Origin: an uncultured Actinomycetota bacterium
Lineage (GTDB): Bacteria > Actinomycetota > Actinomycetes > JAFAQI01
NCBI GenBank assembly: GCA_963770565.1
Contig: CAVYQE010000002.1
Span: forward strand, 256,001 to 320,000
Reading direction: 5' to 3'
DNA length: 64,000 bases
Position numbers and translations under genes: made by a program. The notes beneath the pieces were generated by a model. That model saw only the letters and a list, made by a program, of their open reading frames with translations. It ran no database searches and had not been told where the DNA came from. Below are positions 51,007 through 59,395 of this stretch, piece by piece (the first letter of the stretch is position 1; the number at the start of each line of letters is the position of its first letter).

Positions 51007-51829
51007 CCTCGACCTCCAGGGTGGCCTGGCCGCCGCCGGAGTGGACCCCGCGCAGCGGCGCGACATCGGCGTAGTCGCGCCCGCGGGCCACTCCGACGTG
51101 GCGGTGGCCGATCTCCTGGTGGTTGGTCGGATCGAAGCCCCACCAGTCACCCGTCCACGTCTCGATCCACGCGTGTGATTGGCCCTCGACCCGCTCGCCG
51201 ATCTCGGCGCCCTGCTGCGAGTGCAGGTAGCCGGAGACGTACCGCGCCGGGATCCCCATCGACCGGATCACGACGAGGGCGACGTGCGCGAAGTCCTGGC
51301 AGACCCCCAGCCGCGCTTGCCACGCCTGTGCCGCAGAGGTGTGAACGCCGGTGACCCCTGGCTGGTAGGTCAGCGACTCGTGCACCCACTCGGTTGCAGC
51401 GAGCACGGCGTCGACCGGGTCGTCATGCGCGGCCGCCAGCTCCCGCCCGCGTCCGGCCAGCTCATCGTCCTGCGCGGTGTACGGCGTCGCAGCCAGCAGC
51501 TCGGCATAGGTGTCGAGGACGTCGGCGGTCGCGAGATCCGGCCAGCGCATCCCCCGCGCCGGGTCGCCGGCGGCCTCGGTCTCGACCACCGCACCACTGC
51601 TCAGGACCAGCCGGTCATGCGGCTCGATGATGTCGAACGCGGTCACCTGGGTGCCCCAGTAGTCCCAGTAGCGGCGGACCTGGGCCGTCGGCTGCGTCGT
51701 GAAGCGCACGTTGACGGTCGACTGATGCAGGTCGGTGATCGGCGTCATCCGTGCCTCGTTGTACGACGACCGCACGGACGTCTCGTACTGGTACGTCGTG
51801 TGGTGTGCCACATCGAGTCGCCACGTCAC
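50984..51829 (-). CDS. Transglutaminase-like protein
   Basis: Catalytic triad in GVCQDFAH, SHAW and FDPTN; ARGRDYADV. Confidence 0.94.
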   Translation of the reverse strand: MTWRLDVAHHTTYQYETSVRSSYNEARMTPITDLHQSTVNVRFTTQPTAQVRRYWDYWGTQVTAFDIIEPHDRLVLSSGAVVETEAAGDPARGMRWPDLATADVLDTYAELLAATPYTAQDDELAGRGRELAAAHDDPVDAVLAATEWVHESLTYQPGVTGVHTSAAQAWQARLGVCQDFAHVALVVIRSMGIPARYVSGYLHSQQGAEIGERVEGQSHAWIETWTGDWWGFDPTNHQEIGHRHVGVARGRDYADVAPLRGVHSGGGQATLEVEVNLTRLR

Positions 51830-52767
51830 GACGACCGCCCTGCGACCCACTCGACCGGCGCCGAAGCGCGGAAGAAGCGGTCGGACACCGCGCCGGTGAC
51901 CGCCGCGCAGGCCCGCTGGATCTCGTCGAGTCGTTCGGCGAGCCCGACCTCGATGTCAGCGGCCCGGGTGAACTCCAGGTCCGTCCGGGTCCGGCCGAGT
52001 GCGAGCAAACCGGCGTCGGCCACGCCGATCCGGGAGCTCGATGCCGGCACCAGCTCCGTCAACCGCCGCTCAGCCGTTGAGATCGCGGCATACACCGACC
52101 GCGGGAACAGCCGGTCCAGCAACAGGAACTCGGTCGCGTGGCGCGGGTCGAGACTGCCGCGATAGGTCCGGAGGAACGACTCGTATGCGCCGCAGCTGCG
52201 CAGCAGGGCGTTGCCGGAGTTCGAGGGGTCGACGACGACCTGATACAGCGACAACGCGCGCACGGTCATGTCGGCGCGCTCGAGGCTGCGACCGAGCACG
52301 AGGAACCGCCAGCCGTCGTCGTGGCTCATCGTGCCGTCGACGAGACCCGACACCAGCGCGGCGCGCTCCTTGACGAAGTTGAAGTACGTCGTCGGGCTTC
52401 CTCGACGGGCCCGGGCGCGCTGGGTCGGCAGCTCGTTGTGGGTGGTGTTGAGGCACAGCCACATCTCCGAGGAGATGACTTCGCGGACCGTCCGGGCGTT
52501 CTCCCGCGCACCTTCGAGCGAGCTCCACACCGGACTGCTGGTGTCGAAGGCGAGCCGATCGAGCACCAGGTCGGTGTCGAACGACCCTTCGTCGAGATCC
52601 TCGGTGATGCCGATCACCGACAGCAGCGTCCGGCAGGCCTCGACGTCGCTCGCCGAGGACTCCTCGAGCAGCAGGTTGACGGAAACCTCGAGCATCCGCG
52701 CGACATCCTCGGCCCGCTCGACCAGGCGGCCGATCCAGAACAGTGACTCCGCGACCCGGCTCAGCAT
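51826..52767 (-). CDS. Alpha-E domain protein
   Basis: MLSRVAESLFWIGRLVERAE; second ER motif GRSLERAD; FPRS. Confidence 0.94.
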   Translation of the reverse strand: MLSRVAESLFWIGRLVERAEDVARMLEVSVNLLLEESSASDVEACRTLLSVIGITEDLDEGSFDTDLVLDRLAFDTSSPVWSSLEGARENARTVREVISSEMWLCLNTTHNELPTQRARARRGSPTTYFNFVKERAALVSGLVDGTMSHDDGWRFLVLGRSLERADMTVRALSLYQVVVDPSNSGNALLRSCGAYESFLRTYRGSLDPRHATEFLLLDRLFPRSVYAAISTAERRLTELVPASSSRIGVADAGLLALGRTRTDLEFTRAADIEVGLAERLDEIQRACAAVTGAVSDRFFRASAPVEWVAGRSS

Positions 52768-54335
52768 TCGTCGACCTGCTGTTGTTGTTGCTGGGCCTGG
52801 CCGCGATGCGGCGCGGCGGCCGGCACACCGACGTGCAACTGCCCGCCGACCGACGCCGAACCACGCCCCGCGCTGCCCTCGACCAGATCGGCCGCGCCGC
52901 TGAGCACCCAGGTGTCCTTCGATCCACCGCCTTGGCTCGAGTTGACGACCAGGCTGCCCTCGACCAGGGCCACCCGCGTCAATCCGCCGGGCATCACCCA
53001 GACCCGCTCGCCGTCGTTGACCGCGAACGGGCGCAGATCGAGGTGGCGCGGCACGAGCTCGCCGTCGACCAATGTCGGCGCGGTCGACAACGGCACCACC
53101 GGCTGCGCGATCCAGCGGCGCGGATCGGCGATCACGTCGCGGCGCAGCTTCGCCAACTGGCGTTCGGTCGCCGACGGCCCGATTACCAGCCCGTAGCCGC
53201 CGGAGCCGTCCACCGGCTTGAGCACCAGCTCGGCGAGGTGGTCGAGGACGTGTGCCCGGGCTTCGGGCTCCTCGAGCCGATAGGTGTCGACGTTGCGCAG
53301 CAGCGGTGTCTCGCCGAGGTAGTAGTCGATCATCGCCGGTACGTAGGTGTAGGCGAGCTTGTCGTCGGCCACACCGTTGCCGACCGCGTTGGATATGACG
53401 ACGTTGCCGGCGCGCGCCGCACCGAGGATGCCGGGGCAGCCGATCACCGAGTCGGGCCGGAAATGGACCGGGTCGAGAAACTCGTCGTCGATCCGCCGGT
53501 AGACGACATCGACCCGTTGCTCGCCCTCCGTCGTACCGAGGAACACCACCCCGTTCCGGCTCACCAGATCCCGGCCCTCGACCAGCTCGACGCCCATCTG
53601 GCGCGCGAGCAACGAGTGCTCGAAGTACGCCGAGTTGTAGGCGCCCGGTGTGAGCACCACCACCAGCGGGTCGGCGACCCCCGCAGGCACCGACTCGCGC
53701 AACGCCGACAGCAGCCGGGAGGGATAGCTCGACACCCGGCGGACCCGCTCGCTGCCGAACAGGTCGGGCAGCACCCGGGCCATCGTCCGCCGGTTCTCCA
53801 GCACGTAGCTCACGCCGGAGGGAGTTCGCAGGTTGTCCTCGAGCACGCGCAGCTCACCGGTCTCGTCGCGCACCAGGTCGATGCCCGCGACGTGAATCCG
53901 TACGCCGTTGGGCGGCTCGATCCCGTGCGCGGCCCGGTGGAAATGTTGAGAGGTCGTGACCAGCCGGCGCGGCAGCGCGCGGTCGGTGAACGCCCGCCCC
54001 TCGCCGTAGACGTCGGCGAGAAACGCTTCGAGGGCGCGCACCCGCTGAGCGACGCCGCGCTCGATCAGGCTCCACTCATCGGTGCTGAACAGCCGTGGCA
54101 CGACGTCGAGCGGAAACGGCCGCTCCTCGCCGGACAGCGAAAACGTGACGCCGGCGTCGGTGAATGCACTCGACAGCGCGTTGCCGCGCGCCGCCAGGTC
54201 GGACATCGACAGCGACTCCAGCGCCGCCACCACGGACCGGTACGCCGGTCGCGGTGACCCGTCCGGCGCGAAGACCTCGTCGTACGCGCCGGTAGCTCGC
54301 TGTCGCTCGAGGTAGCCACCGAGCAGGTCGCCCAT
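52761..54335 (-). CDS. Circularly permuted type 2 ATP-grasp protein
   Basis: LEDNLRTPSG, NSAYFEH, VYRRIDD, GVADDK and VNSSQGGGSKDTW; poly-Q tail. Confidence 0.95.
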   Translation of the reverse strand: MGDLLGGYLERQRATGAYDEVFAPDGSPRPAYRSVVAALESLSMSDLAARGNALSSAFTDAGVTFSLSGEERPFPLDVVPRLFSTDEWSLIERGVAQRVRALEAFLADVYGEGRAFTDRALPRRLVTTSQHFHRAAHGIEPPNGVRIHVAGIDLVRDETGELRVLEDNLRTPSGVSYVLENRRTMARVLPDLFGSERVRRVSSYPSRLLSALRESVPAGVADPLVVVLTPGAYNSAYFEHSLLARQMGVELVEGRDLVSRNGVVFLGTTEGEQRVDVVYRRIDDEFLDPVHFRPDSVIGCPGILGAARAGNVVISNAVGNGVADDKLAYTYVPAMIDYYLGETPLLRNVDTYRLEEPEARAHVLDHLAELVLKPVDGSGGYGLVIGPSATERQLAKLRRDVIADPRRWIAQPVVPLSTAPTLVDGELVPRHLDLRPFAVNDGERVWVMPGGLTRVALVEGSLVVNSSQGGGSKDTWVLSGAADLVEGSAGRGSASVGGQLHVGVPAAAPHRGQAQQQQQQVDEC

Positions 54336-54365
54336 GGGGGAAGGTTAGAGCCGCCGAGCGAGCGG

Positions 54366-56321
54366 CTAGGCGTCGGCCGCGCCGCGCGTGCCCACCCGGT
54401 CGGCAAGTGCAGCGGGGTCGGTCGTCGGCGCGTCGCACACGAAGCCCCTGCAGACATACGCCGCGCCGGGCGGCCGGTCGGCGAGCAGTGGCGAGTCACC
54501 CCCGGTCACGACAACGGCGCCGGGTGAAGTCGCGCGCCGGGCAATCGCGGCCAGCTCCGGTGCCTCGACGACGGCGATCTCCAGTGGTCCCGCGAGGAGC
54601 GCTTCGGCTGCGGCGGCCGACCATCCGGCGAAGCGCGGGAAACGCTCGATCAGCGGCGCGGCCTTGCCGAGCGCGACCACGGCGGTGTCGCGAAGGTCGG
54701 CGCGACCGGTCAGGGCCGACGCGGTCAGCATTGCGGCAACGACCGACGAGAAGCCGGACGGGGTCGCACCGTCGGTCGGGTCCTGTGGCCGGCGAACCAG
54801 CCGCTGCGCGTCGTCGGCGGTATCGAAGAAGCCATTGGAGCCGTCGTCGAAGTGCACGGTCGCGACCTCGATCAGTTCCTCGGCGAGGTCGAGCCACCGG
54901 CGTTCGCCGGTCGCCTGGTGCAGGGCGAGCAATCCCTCGCCGAGATCGCCGTAGTCCTCGAGCACACCGATCGGATCGCCGACCACGCCGTTGCGCGACA
55001 CTCGCCGCAACCTGCCGTCGACGACGTGCCGCTCAGCGAGGAACTCGGCGCATCTAGAGGCCGCGTCGATGAAGTCGTCCCGGCCGAACAACACGCCGAT
55101 CTCTGCGAGCGAGGCGATCGCCAGCCCGTTCCACGCGGTGACCACCTTGTCGTCACGAGCCGGTGGAACGCGCTGCGCCCTGACCGCCAGCAGCCGCGCG
55201 CGTTCCGCGCGGTACTCGTCCGGATCAGTAGGGTCGCTCAGCAGCTGAAGCACCGACCGACCGTGTTCGAAGGTGCCCTCCGGGGTCACGGTGAAGATCG
55301 CCGCCGCCCGTTGGCCCACCTCGTCCGGAGTCCAGACGTAGTAGCGACCCTCATCGCCCTCGCTGTCGGCATCGAGTGAGGAGGCAAAGCCGCCGGACTC
55401 GGTCAACAGGTCGGCGAGCATCCACTCGCAGGTCTCGATCGCCACCCGCCGGCCGAGCTCGGCGGCGCAGAGCCGCCACCAGTGCGCGTAGACCCGGGCG
55501 AGCAAAGCGCTGTCGTACAACATCTTCTCGAAGTGCGGCACGACCCAGTGCGCGTCGACCGAATAGCGGGCGAAGCCGCCGCCGAGCTGGTCGTACATCC
55601 CGCCGCGCGCCATTCGCTCGCAGGTGATGTCGACGATCTCGGCGCTGCGACTCGAGCCGGATCGAGCCGCGTGCCGCAGCAAGAACTCGAGCACCATCGA
55701 CGGCGGGAACTGTGGAGCGCCGCCGAAGCCGCCGGTCACGTCGTTGTGACGGTCCGCCAACGCGGACGCCGCAGCATCGAGACCGGTCGCGGTCACCCCG
55801 GAGCCGGACAGCGGGGACGCTGCGCGCTCGTTCAACTCCGCCACGATGTGCGCGCCTGATTTCTCGATCTCATCCCGACGGGTCGTCCACGCCTCGACGA
55901 TCGACTCGAGCAGCCGCCGGAACGACGGCATGCCGGGCCGGTTGTGCGGCGGGAAGTAGGTGCCGCAGAAGAACGGGTCGCCGGTCGGCGTGAGGAAGCA
56001 GGTCATCGGCCAGCCGCCGCTCCCGGTCAGCGCCTGAGTCGCCTCCATGTAGACCGCATCGACGTCCGGGCGTTCCTCCCGGTCCACCTTGATACAGACA
56101 AAGTGCTCGTTGAGATATGTCGCCGTCGCCTCGTCCTCGAACGACTCGTGCGCCATCACGTGACACCAATGGCAACTGGAATAACCAATACTGAGCAGTA
56201 TTGGCACGTTCCGGCAGCGAGCTTCAGCAAATGCTTCGTCGCCCCACGGCCACCAGTCAACGGGATTGTCCTTGTGCTGCAACAAATATGGGCTCGTCGA
56301 GGACGCGAGGCGGTTGGCCAT
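54366..56321 (-). CDS. YyaL/SPATA20-like thioredoxin-domain protein; the first ~55 codons appear to be supplied by the inserted element
   Basis: NRL..SPYLLQH, CHWCHVM, GGWP and PHFEKMLYD; the 5' codons are visibly AT3-rich compared with the rest of the gene. Confidence 0.93.
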   Translation of the reverse strand: MANRLASSTSPYLLQHKDNPVDWWPWGDEAFAEARCRNVPILLSIGYSSCHWCHVMAHESFEDEATATYLNEHFVCIKVDREERPDVDAVYMEATQALTGSGGWPMTCFLTPTGDPFFCGTYFPPHNRPGMPSFRRLLESIVEAWTTRRDEIEKSGAHIVAELNERAASPLSGSGVTATGLDAAASALADRHNDVTGGFGGAPQFPPSMVLEFLLRHAARSGSSRSAEIVDITCERMARGGMYDQLGGGFARYSVDAHWVVPHFEKMLYDSALLARVYAHWWRLCAAELGRRVAIETCEWMLADLLTESGGFASSLDADSEGDEGRYYVWTPDEVGQRAAAIFTVTPEGTFEHGRSVLQLLSDPTDPDEYRAERARLLAVRAQRVPPARDDKVVTAWNGLAIASLAEIGVLFGRDDFIDAASRCAEFLAERHVVDGRLRRVSRNGVVGDPIGVLEDYGDLGEGLLALHQATGERRWLDLAEELIEVATVHFDDGSNGFFDTADDAQRLVRRPQDPTDGATPSGFSSVVAAMLTASALTGRADLRDTAVVALGKAAPLIERFPRFAGWSAAAAEALLAGPLEIAVVEAPELAAIARRATSPGAVVVTGGDSPLLADRPPGAAYVCRGFVCDAPTTDPAALADRVGTRGAADA

Positions 56322-56378
56322 GTAGTCGACTCTAGGTCCTACGCGAACGAGTACCGAGACGTGTCGGATCGTGCCGAA

Positions 56379-56404
56379 AGACATACGGGACAGACACAGG
56401 AAAC
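56379..56404 (+). repeat. Degenerate 13-bp tandem repeat (putative integrase arm site, left)
   Basis: AGACATACGGGAC-AGACACAGGAAAC resembles the repeat at 59068-59094. Confidence 0.65.
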
Positions 56405-56542
56405 CAGTGACCAAATCTGTCTAAGGGTCGCGTTAGACATGTGAGACCTCGGCGCCCCCCGCGTGTTCGTGACTGCGAACCAGTGGCAGTCTTTGTCCAG
56501 TCTGGGCTTGTACTCCTTTCTCTATCTATGTAGATTTACGAC

Positions 56543-56848
56543 ATGAGACCAGTGCGAGTTACCTCTGCAGCCCTGAGCGTCATGGCGTGTCTGGCAGCTG
56601 GGTCCGAGGAATGGCGCCATGGGTACGAGCTGTTGGCCGAGACCGGGCTGAAGTCCGGATCGCTGTACCCGATCCTCATGCGCATGGCCGAGCGCGAATT
56701 GTTAGAGGCGGCTTGGGAGCCTGATCCGCCGGCAGGACGTCCACCTCGACATCTGTACCGGCTGACGCCATCTGGGCGTGAATGGTTGCAGGCCGCCAGT
56801 GCTGTTCGCGAACGGCGCACTGTCGCGCGGCTCGAGGCGGCAACATGA
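56543..56848 (+). CDS. PadR family regulator
   Basis: HGYEL, GSLYPILMRM and RPPRHLYRLT; TCTA-N6-TAGA palindrome at 56521-56534 upstream. Confidence 0.93.
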   Translation: MRPVRVTSAALSVMACLAAGSEEWRHGYELLAETGLKSGSLYPILMRMAERELLEAAWEPDPPAGRPPRHLYRLTPSGREWLQAASAVRERRTVARLEAAT

Positions 56849-57732
56849 TCGTGGTGATCGCCTCGCTGGTACTCGCCGCGGCCGCCGTCGTTGTGACGCG
56901 TCACGGCGCCAACGATGGTGTCGCTGCGCTGGTGATGCGAGAGCTGGCCGGACCGGTACCGTCCGCGGAACGGACGTGGATCTCGGCCATGCTCGCCGAG
57001 CACGACTCAATCGACGATGCCCGTCTTCGGCGAGCGTTTGCTCGTGGTTGTCTTCGCGCGATGCTGTTCTCGCGTTGCGAGCCTGATCGGACGGCCACCC
57101 TGATCGGTGGGGTGATCGGCGTCGCTGCCCTAGGCGCTGCGGGTCTTGCGGCCGCTGGGTTGGTTCGCTATCCCGGCCTGCGCGAGGGTTGGTTGTGGAT
57201 TGTTGTTGCGACGGTGTTCGTGTTCGCCGTCGCTGGCTATGCAGTGATCGGCTTGTGGCTGAGCCAGCTCGGCTCTGCGGCCACACGGAGGATCGGCCTG
57301 ATGGCTGCCGTGCCTGCGGTCGTCATCGGATGGTGGGCCGGACACTCCAACGGCGTCGTCTCCTCGGCAACCCTCATCCTGCTCGCGATTCCGGTTGCGC
57401 TCGTTGGCGCGGGCGTGGCGAGGAGTGAGCGCCACACTGACGAAGCCGGGGTCGCTGTCGGCTGCGCCGCCGTGGCGGCCGGCCTTTTCACCTTTGTTGC
57501 CTACGCCTCGACGACATTCATTACCGGTGGCGGGCAAGCGACCGCGTCATCGCTGCAGCAATTCACACAGAGCGGCGCGTCCAGCTACCGGGCGTGGGCG
57601 ATCGGTGACCACCTGGACGGAGCGGTCTTCTTACTTCTCTTCGTGCCGCTCGTCGCGGGCGCTCTCGGCATGCTGTCCGCACACCTCGCCGCGCCGAGTT
57701 CCTCATCCGCCGTTAGCCAAACTCTCGAGTAG
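56845..57732 (+). CDS. PadR-associated multi-pass membrane protein
   Basis: ATGA overlap with PadR; WISAMLAE...FARGC motif followed by about 7 TM helices. Confidence 0.8.
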   Translation: MIVVIASLVLAAAAVVVTRHGANDGVAALVMRELAGPVPSAERTWISAMLAEHDSIDDARLRRAFARGCLRAMLFSRCEPDRTATLIGGVIGVAALGAAGLAAAGLVRYPGLREGWLWIVVATVFVFAVAGYAVIGLWLSQLGSAATRRIGLMAAVPAVVIGWWAGHSNGVVSSATLILLAIPVALVGAGVARSERHTDEAGVAVGCAAVAAGLFTFVAYASTTFITGGGQATASSLQQFTQSGASSYRAWAIGDHLDGAVFLLLFVPLVAGALGMLSAHLAAPSSSSAVSQTLE

Positions 57733-57849
57733 GCGATGAACTCGATCGTGCCACGGGACAGCGGCAGCGCGTCGAGCCGACGACTATCGGAACCTCTAAC
57801 TAGGAATAGCAAATCGCTAGACTGCCTTATAAGTTGCTAGATTCGCTTC

Positions 57850-59022
57850 ATGGATGCAATCCGCAATCCCTATTCGCCCGGCGCAGGCCGAGCCCCGGCC
57901 GCGCTGGTCGGACGGGACAGCGAGCTACGCACCTGGCACGTTGCGGTCGAACGCGTTCAGGCAGGCCGTTCTGCACAGTCGATCGTTCTCTATGGGCTAC
58001 GCGGAGTCGGCAAGACCGTGCTGTTGTCGGTCTTCCAGCGGGAGGCGATCGCACGCGGGTGGATCGTCGCGCAGGTCGAGGGCGGCGCTGGCAAGGGCCT
58101 TCGCGACGCCCTCGGCGACGCCCTGCACGCACCGCTGTCGGATCTGGCCCGACCGAGCGCCGGCAAGCGGTTGCTGCAGGCATTGAAGACGGCGTTGAGC
58201 TTCCGCGCTTCGGTGGACCCAACCGGATCGTGGAGCTTTGGACTCGATCTATCTGAAAGCCTCGGCGGCGGCGCCGACACCGGGTCGCTCGAAACCGACC
58301 TAGCGAAGTTGGTTCGCGATCTGTCCGCGGCAGCCAGCGAGGAATCCCTCGGACTAGCCATCCTCATCGATGAAGCGCAAGACCTCACCTCCGAAGAGCT
58401 GACGGCCGTGTGCGCCGCCGCGCACCAAGCAAGCCAGAACGAGTGGCCATGCCTGTTCGCGCTCGCCGGTTTACCGAGCCTGCCCCGAGTCCTCGCCGAG
58501 GCGAAGTCATACGCAGAGCGGCTGTTTACGTACCACCACATCGAACAACTCGCACCGGCCCTGGCGCGCGAAGCACTCGTCGAACCTGCGGCCGGCGAGG
58601 GTGCCGGCTGGGACGACGACGCAGTAACACTCATCCTTGGTGAGGCCGCCGGCTACCCATACTTCATTCAGCAGTTCGGCCAAGAAACCTGGGACGAGGC
58701 GCCAGGATCACCGATCACCATCGCCGACGCGCGTGTTGGCGCCGCACGGGGACGAGCGGCGCTCGACGACGGCTTCTTTCGAGCACGGTGGGACCGGGCC
58801 ACCCGGGCCGAACAGCAATATCTGCGCGCAGTCGCTGACGACGGCGACGACGGCGCCAGTTCCAGCGAGGTCGCACGCAGACTGGGCAGACGACCGACCA
58901 GCCTCGGCCCAGCCCGAGCCAGCCTGATCGCGAAGGGACTCGTCTACGCCCCGGAACACGGCGTGATCGCATTCACAGTGCCGGGGATGGCCCACTTCAT
59001 CCAGCGGCAACCGGACACGTAG
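57850..59022 (+). CDS. AAA+ ATP-binding protein with a C-terminal winged HTH
   Basis: NPYSPGAG; Walker A GLRGVGKT; Walker B ILIDEAQ; GYPYFIQ; RASLIAKGLVY. Confidence 0.88.
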   Translation: MDAIRNPYSPGAGRAPAALVGRDSELRTWHVAVERVQAGRSAQSIVLYGLRGVGKTVLLSVFQREAIARGWIVAQVEGGAGKGLRDALGDALHAPLSDLARPSAGKRLLQALKTALSFRASVDPTGSWSFGLDLSESLGGGADTGSLETDLAKLVRDLSAAASEESLGLAILIDEAQDLTSEELTAVCAAAHQASQNEWPCLFALAGLPSLPRVLAEAKSYAERLFTYHHIEQLAPALAREALVEPAAGEGAGWDDDAVTLILGEAAGYPYFIQQFGQETWDEAPGSPITIADARVGAARGRAALDDGFFRARWDRATRAEQQYLRAVADDGDDGASSSEVARRLGRRPTSLGPARASLIAKGLVYAPEHGVIAFTVPGMAHFIQRQPDT

Positions 59023-59067
59023 CGGCGGATTGTCGAGCCGTTGTGAAGGTCGACCTCAGCGTCCTCG

Positions 59068-59094
59068 CAGACATACGAAACAGACATACGAAAC
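59068..59094 (+). repeat. Perfect 13-bp tandem repeat (putative integrase arm site, right)
   Basis: CAGACATACGAAA x2, about 90 bp from the right junction. Confidence 0.75.
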
Positions 59095-59160
59095 CCGGGA
59101 AGCACCAACCCAGAGCGGTCAGATTCGTCACGACTTGAGCGTGTACGGCAGCTCTCTTCG

Positions 59161-59346
59161 CTACTGCACGCTCGGAATGCTGACGTGGCACCAGTGGCAT
59201 GCGGCGTACCCGACGCTGAGTAGGACCGGCACCTCGCGGCGGCGGGCCTCGTCGAACGCTTCGTCGCACCACGGCCACCAGTCGACCGGATTGTCCTTGT
59301 GCTGCAATAGATACGGGCTCGCCGAGGTCGCGAGACGGTTAGCCAC
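59161..59346 (-). pseudogene. Truncated native 5' fragment of the yyaL-like gene
   Basis: [26 protein letters not shown]...CHWCHV, then SIPSVQ and a stop; GAGGGAG RBS; host-like GC3 codons. Confidence 0.88.
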
Positions 59347-59395
59347 CTGCTCGCTCCCTCGGCATCGGACAGATTCACGACGACCGTACCTGTTG

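Larger units (their letters stand above)
56158..59199. mobile_element. Integrase-less ~3.0-kb integrative element within the yyaL-like gene
   Basis: Colinear 164-bp duplication of the yyaL 5' end at a 3,025-bp offset; junction repeat ACGTGRCACCARTGGCA (56158-56174 and 59183-59199); arm-like tandem repeats near both ends; atypical codon usage. Confidence 0.8.

Noticed and set aside
56418-56439. Chromosomal dif site
   Set aside because: It lacks the TTATGT(T/C)AA XerD arm and the 6-bp spacer.
59023-59160. Integrase remnant at the right island end
   Set aside because: No tyrosine (R-H-R-Y) or serine recombinase motifs were recognisable in the frames read.
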